DNA of 63,980 nucleotides, counting the filler, from Pelomyxa schiedti (Eukaryota > Protista > Evosea), in assembly GCA_020536535.1 (NCBI GenBank). It is 7 parts of 7 records of this genome, joined end to end, with 100 filler letters (N's around TTAATTAATTAA, not from the genome) between each part and the next. Parts side by side here need not be neighbours in the genome. Positions count along the whole stretch, not along the records: positions 44,301 to 59,352 come from JAHLWZ010000082.1; positions 59,453 to 60,454 come from JAHLWZ010003035.1; 5 more parts are not named here. One strand, given 5' to 3'. A program made the position numbers and the translations under genes. Positions 48,546 to 59,790 of the stretch are shown piece after piece. Within the stretch, counting starts at the first letter, position 1, and the number at the start of each line of letters is the position of its first letter. The notes beneath the pieces are model-generated. The model made no database searches and was not told the DNA's origin. It saw only the letters and a program-made list of their open reading frames with translations.

Positions 48546-51500
48546 ATGGCCAGCCAAGCTCCGCCACGTGGGACTAGCGGGAGTACATGTAACAACGTGT
48601 ACACGTGGGGGTGCGGGAGCCACGGGCAGCTGGGCTCCCCCACGCCCCGCTCGTCGTCCACAGCGTCGTCGGCCCCTGCGGCCACGGCACGAGGGGCGGG
48701 GCGGAGCGAGCCGGTGGTTGTGGGTGGCATCTCTGGGGCGACACGCAGGATCACGGGGATATCGTGCGGCGGCGGGTATGCGCGTGGCCACCCCCCGCCC
48801 CCCTGTGGTTTTTTCTATTATGGGGGGCGGTGGGGGGGTACAGTGGTGCCGATTCAACTAAACTGACAACAAAGCATGAGATAGGCACATGGCGGCAGTG
48901 ATCGATGGGCAGGTATTCACGTGGGGGGGACTGTATGCCGCGGGTGCCCCTGAGTGGCTGGTGTTCGGTTCTGCTAAAACTACGAGGTACCCCTTTTTTT
49001 CTCCCCTGTTCCTTCCTTCTTCCGTATCTAACTTTTTTTTTGTATAATCCTCACCCAACATCAAAGTGTTTCGTGTGGGGCTCTAAGTACCTGGGCAATG
49101 TCTTCAAATGATAAGTGTGCATGTAGATGGGACCTTGACTCTCCAACATTTAGTAATCCCTCTCGCATTGCCCGCGTTGCATTGTTGCAACCTGCTCAAT
49201 TTTACATTGGTATATATTTCCGCAACTTTCAAGAACTTACTTTTCCGCAGATCAAATACCAGTACAAATAGCTGCTGGTGCACTCCACACTTTAGTTGTT
49301 TCGAACACTGGTGCACTGCGCGCGATTGGGCAAAATGAGATGGGCCAGCTTGGTGTTGGTGATTCCAAAGAAAGGTTAACTGTATTTTCTGACTTGGTTT
49401 TACAATTAATGGGACAAAGATTCGAATTTGTTCCCTGCAACTTCGAACCTGGAATTCACATTTCGTTCGTGGCGGCAGGAGGGAAGCACTCACTAGCAGT
49501 TGCGGATAACGGGCAGCTATACAGCTGGGGTTCTGGAATCCAAGGCCAACTCGGTATAAAACAAAACTTCCAACTGTTGTATTTTGACAAGGATTTTGAT
49601 GACCTCACTAGGACACGGTGATGAGGTTATCACAACCATCTTTCCCCAACTGACTCTTCCATAGTGTTCTCACTCCTCTCCAAAAGTAGTATCTTACTTC
49701 AATGGAATGAGAGCAACCAGAGTTGCCTGCGGTGATAAACATTCCCTCGTTGCAACAGATACAGGATCGTTGTTTGCCTTTGGCGAAAATAAGTGTGGAT
49801 TTTACCTCCTAAGGGTGTTCTTCACTTTCCTCCAAGGAGGGGACAACTTGGAACCGGGGATAATACCAATAGCAATCTTCCAAAACCTGTTTTATCTCTA
49901 AAATCTGAGCGCATCAGCCAAATTGCTGCAGGTGGTGCATACGGTAGTGCACATTCACTTGCTCTGAGTGAGACCAGGATTCTTTTTGCCTGGGGTTCAA
50001 ATGATCAAGGACAGCTTGGTAACATTTCTTTTTTCACGATTCCTCCATTGACCCTACTTGGTATTCAAGGTGTTGGAGATCAAGTCGACCGCAACACTCC
50101 TACAGCTGTATCATTACTGGCAAATAGAAATATACTGTCCATTGCATGTGGCTGGCTTTCTAGTGCATGTGTTGTTGAGGAGGATATTCCTTGTACCAAT
50201 CCAGTTTTAAGAGGAGGAATATCCTCTCTCATATCCCTTGGTATATTTTTTCCTTTTTTTTGGTCTCCTCTGACTTAAAAAAAGGAAATTTTAGTACATG
50301 TCCCATTGATGTCTTACTGTGAGTAAAATCATCAGTACTTTAAAATTCCACTCATTGTATTCTTTCTTTAAGTATGATCATTGGATTGCTTGATTATGAA
50401 GCACTTTGCTCAGTCTCGCAAACATGCCGCGCTATGTTCTTTGTAGCATCAGACAATAGAATATGGCAGGACTTATATCTCAAGGAAAAATGGGACCCCC
50501 GGATTCAAAAATCTATAGGCTCCATTCAGATATGGTGTGTGTCTTATTTGTTGGAAAGAAACCTCCTCACCACACTGTATGAAGCAAATCTGGGAATTGG
50601 AAACAGCACTTTTTCACAGCTCTCCGGGAAACCAAGAGACTTCAGAAGAATGCTTTTGGATCGAAGTCGGTTCATTTTGTGTTGACGATTTCTAAGTGTA
50701 CACAGTAAAGCAATGGAACTTGTAAAAAAGGTGAAGACAGTCTCCCAGCCCGAAAACACAGGCTTCTTTGGATCTTTTCTTGCCAAGATAGGCTGGGGTT
50801 CATCAACATCGAAGATGATTTCCTCATTTCCTGAGATGCAGATACTTATGCATGGACTAGATGCAGCAGGCACCACAATTTTATGATTATCTTATGCTCC
50901 TTAATGACCTCAGGGAAAACTACGATTCTTTACAAACTGAAGATTGCACCAGAGACCACGATACCTACAATTGGATTCAGTTCGCACTTACTTTTCTTTC
51001 CATGAAATTTCATATGGACTGCAGGTATTGAGACATCGCAGTATTCCAAGAACATAAAGATTATTTCTTGGGTTTTTCCTTTTTCATATTTTGATTATGT
51101 GTAAACCACTTACATTCCTATCCAGGATTGCGGGGGAGGCATGTTAAAAAAAATTTACAAGTACCTGTAATTAAAACAAAATGCAGAGGAAAAAAGAACC
51201 CCGTGGAGGCGTTGTAAGTAGTTCTCGTGCCGGATTCCCACTAATCTCAGCGCACACAGACTACCCAAATACAACAGCTTGCATATGGGTGATTGATTCC
51301 AATGACCGAGAACGAATGGACGAAGTTAGAGATGAACTAACGCGCGTATTTAATTCCCCAGTCACACAATTTTAATTGTTCTAAATAAAAAAAAGATGGC
51401 TCACCAGGATGAACTTGAAGGGATTCCGTTTCTCATTTTCGGTATTTCTGTCCCATAATCCACATAACCCCTCAGGCACACAGCCACACCACCTCCCATA

Positions 51501-51743
51501 ATAACACCACGCATCTCTCGCCCCCCTCACATTCCGCTTACCGCACACCACACAGCCAACAAGCGGGACTTGCCTGGTGCACTTTCTGTGTATGAAGTAG
51601 CACAGAGAGTAGACCTGAACCACATTATGGGCAAAATCCACCCACTGTGGTACATCCAAGGCTGCAGCGGCACCTCGGGCGAGGGCATCTTGGAAGGATT
51701 CGAGTGGCTGAGCCTCGCTATCACCGCCTCCAAGTTCTCGTAG
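48546..51743 (+). CDS. RCC1 repeats - F-box - Arf-family GTPase fusion protein
   Basis: VYTWGCGSHGQLG, AAGGKHSL..YSWG..GQLG (RCC1); FSTCPIDVLLMIIGLLDYEALCSVSQTCRAMFFVASDNRIW (F-box); GLDAAGKTTILYKL, TIPTIGF, WDCGGE, VIDSNDRERM, ANKRD, SGEGILEGFEWL (Arf). Confidence 0.85.
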
Positions 51744-51819
51744 TACCCACCTCACACCTACATATTTTTCAGGCTCCTCAGTTTGTGGACTCCCAATAAA
51801 AACTTGGCCCATAAAGACC

Positions 51820-53139
51820 ATGGTTTTTCACAATCAGAATAAAATGGCCACCGTTTGTGGCGGCCACGTCTACAACAGTACTGTTGTAGTCGATGGAGAT
51901 TATCCCTGCGACTGTGCTGACAATTACGATGCTGTTGACATCAAAAGCCAAATCGACGCGCTGAGCCAATTTGTAGCGCTCGGAGCAGGTGTGATTGTGG
52001 GACGGTGTGGTGCGCGCAGCCACGTGGCCGCCCTCACGCCCTCGCTCTTGTCACACATCGGCCGTGAGTGGGTCGTGTTCCCAGCGACCAACGCGGTCGT
52101 GGAACTGGCCACAGGTGATGATGATGAAGTGCAGGAGTACGAGTACATCAAGTTCAGTGTGTCACCCACACTCGGCCTGGTGAGCCCGCCCACGCCGTTC
52201 CGCATTGAACACTGTGAGGGGTTCTGCAACAAACGGTTCCGCGGCTGGGTTGGCCCAAAGTACACGTCCACGAGGTGCCTCTGTGCTGCTGCGGATGGTG
52301 GTGAGGGATTCTGTAGGTTTGCACTAGTTGTGGCACAGACACAGACACAGGCGCGTGTTTGTACACTGGTGGTTGTTGACACAATGGGGAAGGTGGGGCC
52401 TGTGTGGCTCACTGACCAGATGGATGGGTTCAGTACAGTACACATGAACGGAAGGTGGGTTGTGTGCTCGGTGATTGGAGGTGGCGGCTGGGGGATTCAG
52501 GAGAACACAGTAATCTCACTCTGGAACTTTGATGGGTTGGAGAGTGGAAGGGTGACTGGGGTGATGAACATGCAGATGCCGTGGCAGGTGCACAGGGCTG
52601 CGTTTGATGGTGAGGACTCCCTCGTGGTATCACAGGCACGGCTGTGCCAAGAGGTTATCACAGTTGACTTGAAGGAAACATTGGCACAGAACAGGCTGGC
52701 TGTGAGACCCTTGCCCGTTGCTGCTGGCGCAATTTCCGAGAAGTATTTCATCTCTGGCATTATCTGCTGGAAAGGAAGCACATACGCAGAGTGTGGCACT
52801 GAGCTGGTGTGCCTTGCAACTGGCAGACGTACGGTATTGCCTCCAGGGATTGCAACGATGCCAATTGGTGGACCATACTACTCAGTCCAGCGTACTTGCG
52901 TTCGTGAGGAGTGTTTCGCGGAGGTGTACAGTGTTGGTGGTGAAGGGAAGGTGTGCTGCAGACACAGGCAAGTTTGGCACAGTGAAAGATTGTATTTTGG
53001 GAATGAGCTGGCTGTCAGGGATCCTTTTGATTATGACCAAAGGCGGAAACATTACATGGAAGTCGTTGACGCACTGTCTGGCTTTCGTCTCTTCAAAATC
53101 TCCAAGAGGCACTCATTTAATGTCACGGGGATTTTATGA
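51820..53139 (+). CDS. Header-family intronless protein, tandem copy 1
   Basis: 439-aa ORF; SQFVALGAG..RCG..SHIGREWV..SVSPTLG. Confidence 0.85.
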   Translation: MVFHNQNKMATVCGGHVYNSTVVVDGDYPCDCADNYDAVDIKSQIDALSQFVALGAGVIVGRCGARSHVAALTPSLLSHIGREWVVFPATNAVVELATGDDDEVQEYEYIKFSVSPTLGLVSPPTPFRIEHCEGFCNKRFRGWVGPKYTSTRCLCAAADGGEGFCRFALVVAQTQTQARVCTLVVVDTMGKVGPVWLTDQMDGFSTVHMNGRWVVCSVIGGGGWGIQENTVISLWNFDGLESGRVTGVMNMQMPWQVHRAAFDGEDSLVVSQARLCQEVITVDLKETLAQNRLAVRPLPVAAGAISEKYFISGIICWKGSTYAECGTELVCLATGRRTVLPPGIATMPIGGPYYSVQRTCVREECFAEVYSVGGEGKVCCRHRQVWHSERLYFGNELAVRDPFDYDQRRKHYMEVVDALSGFRLFKISKRHSFNVTGIL

Positions 53140-53161
53140 TCCATTTTTCACAGAATAAATT

Positions 53162-54370
53162 ATGGTCACAGTTGGAAGCGACCACGACGACACTGACGAT
53201 GGCGATTATCCCTGCGACTGTGCTGAAAATTACGATGCCGTTGACATCAAAAGCCAAATCGACGCGCGGAGCCAGTTTGTAGCGCTCGGAGCAGGTGTGA
53301 TTGTGGGACGGTGCGGCGGTGCGCGCAGCCACGTGGCCGCCCTCACGCCCTCGCTGTTGTCACACATCGGCCGCGAGTGGGTCGTGTTCCCAGCGACCAA
53401 CGCGGTCGTGGAGCTGTCCAACAAGGGCTGTGAGCTTCACTACCACTACTTCGGGTTCAGTGTGTCACCCACACTCGGCCTCGTCAGGCCGCCTGCGCCA
53501 CTGCATCTGGGGGTTGCTGGTGGATACCTCAGCACGACGGGCACCCGGTTTCGCGGGTGGGTTGGGCCACGGACGGCAGCGAGATGTTGCGACGATGGAG
53601 GAAGAAGGTTCGCGCTGGTGGTCTCGCTGTCTTGGCGTGGCACACAGTGCCTGGAAGTGATTGACACGACTGGGAGGGTGGGGCCTGTGCTAGTCACTGA
53701 CGAGATTGAGGTGTCGGGTGCGTTTTGCATGAACAGGAGGTGGGCGGCGTGCACAATGAGGGGTGATGGTTGCGAGGTGGGAGTGTGGAACTTTGACAAG
53801 ATTGAGAGCGGGAGTGTAACTGAGGCGGCGAGGGTTACACTCCCATGGATAGCGCAGTTGGCCGCGTTTAGTGAGAGTGACATCATCTTCTCACAGGGAC
53901 TACTGGGCCCTGGCGCAATGGTGGTCGACTTGCAGGCAATTTTGACAATACCTTTTACTGCCGTTTGCAGGCCGCCGTACATTGAATCCCTCATGTGCTG
54001 GAAAAGAATGGTGTACGCAATTCTGTTGGGAGGTGCGGAGCTTTTGTGCCTGACGACTGGAAATAGTACGCGAATACCTCCTGAAGTAGCATGGCCTGTT
54101 GGAGGACCATACTCTGCAGTGAGGAGCACAGCGTCGGAAGAGTGTTTAATCGATGTGTACAGTGTTGTTGAACCAACAAAGGTGTGTTCCAGACTCAGCC
54201 ATAGGCCTGGCAGTGAAACGATGAACTTCGGGAAGCAGCTCATCGCTGTCAAAAGTCGTACTGCCGCACACGATGATGGGACACAATACATTGAAGTTAT
54301 TGATGTTATGTCTGGCTGTGTCATCTTCAAAATGACCAACAGAGGATCCCCTGTCACTGCCATTTTATAA
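53162..54370 (+). CDS. Header-family intronless protein, tandem copy 2
   Basis: 402-aa ORF with the same motifs. Confidence 0.85.
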   Translation: MVTVGSDHDDTDDGDYPCDCAENYDAVDIKSQIDARSQFVALGAGVIVGRCGGARSHVAALTPSLLSHIGREWVVFPATNAVVELSNKGCELHYHYFGFSVSPTLGLVRPPAPLHLGVAGGYLSTTGTRFRGWVGPRTAARCCDDGGRRFALVVSLSWRGTQCLEVIDTTGRVGPVLVTDEIEVSGAFCMNRRWAACTMRGDGCEVGVWNFDKIESGSVTEAARVTLPWIAQLAAFSESDIIFSQGLLGPGAMVVDLQAILTIPFTAVCRPPYIESLMCWKRMVYAILLGGAELLCLTTGNSTRIPPEVAWPVGGPYSAVRSTASEECLIDVYSVVEPTKVCSRLSHRPGSETMNFGKQLIAVKSRTAAHDDGTQYIEVIDVMSGCVIFKMTNRGSPVTAIL

Positions 54371-54424
54371 GAAACCATCACCCCCTTCGGAACGGTTTTT
54401 TTCCGCTCTTTTCTTTCAAAAAAA

Positions 54425-54625
54425 ATGATGGTAGATGCATCCAGCACTGACGAATGCGTCGACAACAAAGGAAAGGATGACTACTCAATCGACGTCGTGC
54501 CCCAGATCGACGCGCTGAGCCAATTTGTAGCGCTCGGGGCCAGTGTGATTGTGGGACGATGCGGGGCGCGCACGCCCCCGCTGTTGTCCCACATCGGCCG
54601 CGAGAAAACAGGGAAATGTTTATAG
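54425..54625 (+). pseudogene. Header-only truncated family copy
   Basis: QIDALSQFVALGASVIVGRCG..SHIGRE, then unrelated sequence and a stop. Confidence 0.75.
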
Positions 54626-54955
54626 AACAGACTGAAGTTGGAGAGTAATTCATGTGAACTCCGAAGGCTATTTTTGAGGGAATTCTCAAACATCGTTTTG
54701 ATCAAAATAACACCCAGAACCAAAAAAATATCNNNNNNNNNNNNNNNNNNNNNNNNNNNNNNNNNNNNNNNNNNNNNNNNNNNNNNNNNNNNNNNNNNNN
54801 NNNNNNNNNNNNNNNNNNNNNNNNNNNNNNNNGGAAATGTTTATAGAACAGACTGAAGTTGGAGAGTAATTCATGTGAACTCCGAAGGCTATTTTTGAGG
54901 GAATTCTCAAACATCGTTTTGATCAAAATAACACCCAGAACCAAAAAAATATCGC

Positions 54956-56163
54956 TTGCAGGCAAGTGACGTAACCATCGACCGTGTTATAGACGCGCGT
55001 GCCCAATTCATCGCGCTCTCGCTTGCGATGTGCCCCCCTCAACGACCAAGACGAAGACCCTGGTCCCGAACCACCACAACAACCACGACTACCCCCGCCG
55101 CACCGCATCCGCCGACAACAACCGCAGCAACCCCAAATTGTGGGACGTCGTGAGGCTCATTGGCCAGAAGTGGATTCTGAAGCCAGAGAGGACCTTCATT
55201 CTGTACAGCGGGGTGTTCTGGTCCTCGGTGGTGACCATCGGCGCCACCCTGGGCGTCATCAGCACGCAGGCAACCGACGCATGGACGAAGAACCACCACA
55301 TTCTGTGCTGGCTGGGCACCGACAGGATCCTGGCGTTCACGCTCGACCCGTTTGGGCACCAGGGGTGCCAGTACCGCGTCGTGGACGTCGCCCCTGGGTC
55401 TGATTTCAGGGAGAGACCCTTCCAGGGGCCCGAGTACCCTCCTTCAAAGTGGTTTGGAGGCAAAAGGTGGGTCCTAGCATTGAGGATTGGGGAGCTGTTC
55501 ATCCGAAGGGCTGTGATTGAAGAGAAGAAGGAGGAAGGAGGCGAGTCAACAACACCAGCAGAAAAGTCATCCACTTTGATTCCTGTTCCATCCAGCTCCG
55601 TGGATGTTGTGTTCTCCAACACTGAGCCTTCTCTCATTGGGAATGATAACGAGGCCACATTCTTGGAGAGCTTCAACTGCGACCAGAAGGTTATGACCGT
55701 CGACCTGGAGAAGAGCTTCTTGTCTTCCACTCTGGTGGTGGTGAAAACCCTGACTTGCAGCACACCCCCTGGCACAGTCTGCAACCACATTCTTTTCATG
55801 GATGAGAAAACAGGGGAGTCAAGGGTAGTGTACCAGGGTTCCAACAACGGGAGGCCAACTGCAACCTCGATGAGCATCAACACAGGGGAGACCACATTTC
55901 TGTCAGATACATGCCATTATGTCATCTCAGGGAACGAGAAGTATGTCAGGCTTGACGGGGTTCCATACAATGTGTTCACAGGACAAGTGTGCCCCCATTC
56001 CTCGAGAGAGATGTTGCAGACACTCCTGGACCGCGGCTTGTTGGTATCTGATTCCTCACCAGGGGTTCGACCATCATCATCCAGGAGGAGGTCAGTCATC
56101 GATGCTGACACAGGCTGCGTCGTGTGCCATTGCCCAGTTCAGTCAAGGACATCATTCCTCTAG
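54956..56163 (+). pseudogene. Header-family gene (4156-like subfamily) with a lost ATG and a frameshift
   Basis: TTG where 4156 has ATG (xQA..IDRVIDARAQFIAL); frameshift in or near the C-run at ~55035; 377-aa body intact. Confidence 0.7.
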
Positions 56164-56372
56164 TTGGAACCAGTTTTCGTTGTTGTCGAAAGTGGCCAGA
56201 TTTGAGGTGATGCGCATCGGAAGTACTGCCAGTCGATCCCAAAAACCATCATTGGGACTCACACTAATTCGTTTTGATGAATCAGAGTGTTGTTCTCCGT
56301 TGTGGGTGGATAGCTTTTTAACACTTTTTGATTCCCGGAAGTGGCCTCAGTCCCTTCAGAGCACAAAAAATT

Positions 56373-57671
56373 ATGATGGACCTGCCAGGCAACAGTACCG
56401 ACTGTCTCGACGAATCGGACGACTGCTGCTACGCACAGGATGACGACGACGACACAGTCGACGTCAAGGACCACATCGACGCGCGGAGCCAGTTTGTCGC
56501 CCTGGGCGCGGGTGTGATTGTGGGACGGTGCGGCGCGCGCAGCCGCGTCGCGGCCCTCACGCCCCCGCTGCTGTCGCACATCGGCCGCGAGTGGGTCGTG
56601 TTCCCCGCCAGGAACGCGGTCGTGGACCTGGCCACAGGCGCCGACGTGCGCGAGTACGAGCACTTCAGGTTCAGCGTGTCGCCCACCCTCGGCCTCGTGG
56701 CCCCGCCGACCCCGTTCCGCATCGACCACTGCGATGCGTTCCACTACAAGCGGTTCCATGGATGGGTGGGCCCGGTGCCTCGTTCCAGTTGTGTGCAAGG
56801 AGGAGGAGGTGGCAATGGTGGTGGTAGCAATTGCGGCGGTGAGGGACCGCGCTGCAGGTTCGCGCTGGCTGGGGCACAGGCGCAGGGGCGTTGTGGCGGC
56901 ACGCTGGTGGTGGTGGACACCATGGGGAAGGTGGGGCCTGTGTGGCTCACTGCCCAGATGGACGTGTGGGGCACATCGCTCATGAGCAGGAGGTGGGCTG
57001 TTTGCACAATGCTTGGCGGCGTGGGCCAGACTGTCATGTCGATGTGGAACTTTGATGGGATTGAGAGTGGGAGGGTGACTGGGGTGATGGACATGCAGAT
57101 GCCGTGGCAGGTGTACAGGGCTGCGTTTGGTGGTGTTGGCGACAACTCACTGGTTATCACGCCAATAGGCCTCTGCCCAGAGGTGATGGTCATTGACCTG
57201 GAGGCTACTTTGAGCCAGAATAGGTTGGCTGTGAGCCTTCTGCCAGTTGCTGTTGGTGGAATTGCCGCCAAGGATTCCTTCTCTGACCTGATGTGCTGGA
57301 AAGGAATGACATACGCAATACTATCAGAAAGCACTCAGCTGCTGTGCCTGACAACTGGAAAGAGAACACCACTCCCTAAAGGGCGTGCACGTCCACTTGG
57401 TGGACCATACTATTCCGTCCAGCTCACTTGTCATAGTAACGAGTGCGACACGGATGTGTTCAGTGTCTTGGAACCAACAAAGGTATGTTGCAGGCACAGG
57501 GAACTGTGCACCAGTGAACGAATGTACTTTGGGAATGAGCTGGCTGTCAAGGATCCTTTTTCTTCTGACGAAACGCAGAAAGATTACATTGAAGTTATTG
57601 ATGCCGTGTGTGGTGCTGTGATCTTCAAAATGTCCAAGAGGCGCTTCTTTGATGCCTCAGGTATTTCATGA
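56373..57671 (+). CDS. Header-family intronless protein, tandem copy
   Basis: ~432-aa ORF; body closely similar to 51820. Confidence 0.85.
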   Translation: MMDLPGNSTDCLDESDDCCYAQDDDDDTVDVKDHIDARSQFVALGAGVIVGRCGARSRVAALTPPLLSHIGREWVVFPARNAVVDLATGADVREYEHFRFSVSPTLGLVAPPTPFRIDHCDAFHYKRFHGWVGPVPRSSCVQGGGGGNGGGSNCGGEGPRCRFALAGAQAQGRCGGTLVVVDTMGKVGPVWLTAQMDVWGTSLMSRRWAVCTMLGGVGQTVMSMWNFDGIESGRVTGVMDMQMPWQVYRAAFGGVGDNSLVITPIGLCPEVMVIDLEATLSQNRLAVSLLPVAVGGIAAKDSFSDLMCWKGMTYAILSESTQLLCLTTGKRTPLPKGRARPLGGPYYSVQLTCHSNECDTDVFSVLEPTKVCCRHRELCTSERMYFGNELAVKDPFSSDETQKDYIEVIDAVCGAVIFKMSKRRFFDASGIS

Positions 57672-57748
57672 AGACTTGGCCAAAGAGTTGGGAGAATAAA
57701 ACTTCCTCCAGTACGTTCCTGTAGATACAACAGATGTGATTGAAATTT

Positions 57749-58495
57749 ATGAACAGCAACAACGGCATTGGAGGCGGTGGCACCCCCCCGACGACACACT
57801 CTATCGACGGCGATGCTGTAGTAACTCACCTCAACGTTCACATCGACGCGCCGAGCCAGTTTGTAGCGCTCGGAGCAGGTGCGATTGTGGGACGGTGCGG
57901 CGGGGGGCGCAGCCACGCGGCCGCCCTCACGTCCTCGCTCTTGTCGCACATCGGCCGCGAGTGGGTCGCGTTCCCCGCGCGTCGCCGTGTCTTGGAATTC
58001 GCCACTGGAAGCCGGTTGACGTACCACGAGCACTTCGAGTTCAGCGTGTCGCCAACACTTGGGATCGTCAGGCCCCCTGGGCGCCTGTTGTCGATCGACA
58101 ACTCTGGAGTGTGGGGAGCCGCGAGGGTGCTTGGGTGGGTTGGCCCACAGACCGCGAGACGCGAGAACAGATTTGCAGTGATGGTGCAGTCGGATGACGA
58201 TTGTGGGATGCTACACGTTGTCGACACCAAGGGAAAAGTTGGGCCTGTGTTTCTCACCGACATGGCCGCTATCTGGGAAACATTTTGCTGAACAGGAGGT
58301 GGGCAATGTGCACAATGATGGACGGTAGAAGCCAGATATCGGTGTGGAATTTTGACGAGATTGAGAGTGGAAGGGTCACTGGGGTGGTGGACATGGTAAT
58401 GCCGTGGGAGGTGCGCACGGCGGCGCTTGATGGTGAGCATTCACTGGTGGTGTCGCAGGGGTTCAAGGGCCCTGGTGTAATGCTCGTCGACTTGG
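57749..58495 (+). pseudogene. Header-family copy with a 1-nt deletion, cut by a gap
   Basis: ttttgctgaacagg versus paralog ttttgcatgaacagg at ~58288. Confidence 0.75.
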
Positions 58496-58595
58496 NNNNN
58501 NNNNNNNNNNNNNNNNNNNNNNNNNNNNNNNNNNNNNNNNNNNNNNNNNNNNNNNNNNNNNNNNNNNNNNNNNNNNNNNNNNNNNNNNNNNNNNN

Positions 58596-59190
58596 CCAAG
58601 CCACATAATGCTCAGTTTCCCTGAAACGAGAATGGTGGGAATATCAGCTGGAAGGTCAGTCACATTGGCCACATACAAAGTCTCGAGCCAGTTGGTGTCC
58701 AATCCGAGGCAAATCATCCACTTGCTGTTGGTTGAAAAGTAACACATTTGCCTAAAACCCAGCACATTTGTTTCCTGTCCACTCACAGTGTTGACAAGGC
58801 TGAGATATTTGGAGTAAAACACCGTGTCAGTGACGCACTCACCGCGCTCGTACTCGCAGTTGCTCGTTGTGACGTCATCACCGACGATTCCCAGTGTCAG
58901 TGGAGACACGCGAAGCCTCACGCAATGTGACGACATTCCCTCAGCCTCAGATCTCCTCCTATCGGATGCGCGTACGATCCCCATGAAAAACGTGGTGGCG
59001 GACTACGAAAGGAAATCCCACAATTGCCTCACGAGGGCGGGGTTGCCGTGGCACACGGTGCGCGCGGGGCTCGCCAGTCCACAACGCTGGCCCGACATCA
59101 TGAGAGCGAGGAATTGGTCCCGCAACCGAAACGAAACGACTGAATCTAGTACGGCCGAGGGTCAGCGTCAAGTTGATGGTGATACATCAT
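58596..59190 (-). pseudogene. 5' part of the header-family gene at 47639-48438
   Basis: LRDQFLALMMSGQRCGLASPA..LVRQLWDFLS* (in-frame stop), VSPLTLGIV, NSKW. Confidence 0.65.
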
Positions 59191-59452
59191 CGTTCCTTTA
59201 CAGGGTTCCACGAAAACCCGCAATTTCCTCCTCGATTGATGGCCAGCCAAGCTCCGCCACGTGGGACTAGCGGGAGTACATGTAACAACGTGTACACGTG
59301 GGGGTGCGGGAGCCACGGGCAGCTGGGCTCCCCCACGCCCCGCTCGTCGTCCNNNNNNNNNNNNNNNNNNNNNNNNNNNNNNNNNNNNNNNNNNNNTTAA
59401 TTAATTAANNNNNNNNNNNNNNNNNNNNNNNNNNNNNNNNNNNNNNNNNNNN

Positions 59453-59708
59453 CGGCAATAAATAAATAACAATAAAAAATAAATAACAATAAAAAAAGGG
59501 GGTGATGCAGGCATCATCCTTTGGAATCTTGTAACCACAAGTGCAACAACCCTTAAAAAAAAAACAAATAATAATAATAAAAATAGCAACAATGGAAAAG
59601 CGGTCATACAGAAAGCGCCCCAAGGATCCCGCATTTGTGAAAGTCATCCCGCCCAGTGATACCGGTGCCTGTTGTGCATCGCCCACAGTCCCTGCCCCTG
59701 CCCCTGCC

Positions 59709-59790
<82 letters not shown>

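Noticed and set aside
53446-54468. Long antisense ORFs over family genes (also 55089-55895, 48021-48866, 63297-63953)
   Set aside because: Shadow ORFs from GC-rich or low-complexity coding strands; no motifs
51820-58495. CRISPR-like or DGR-like repeat system
   Set aside because: The repeats are paralogous gene headers over 1 kb apart; no spacer array, reverse transcriptase or adenine-specific template/variable pair was seen
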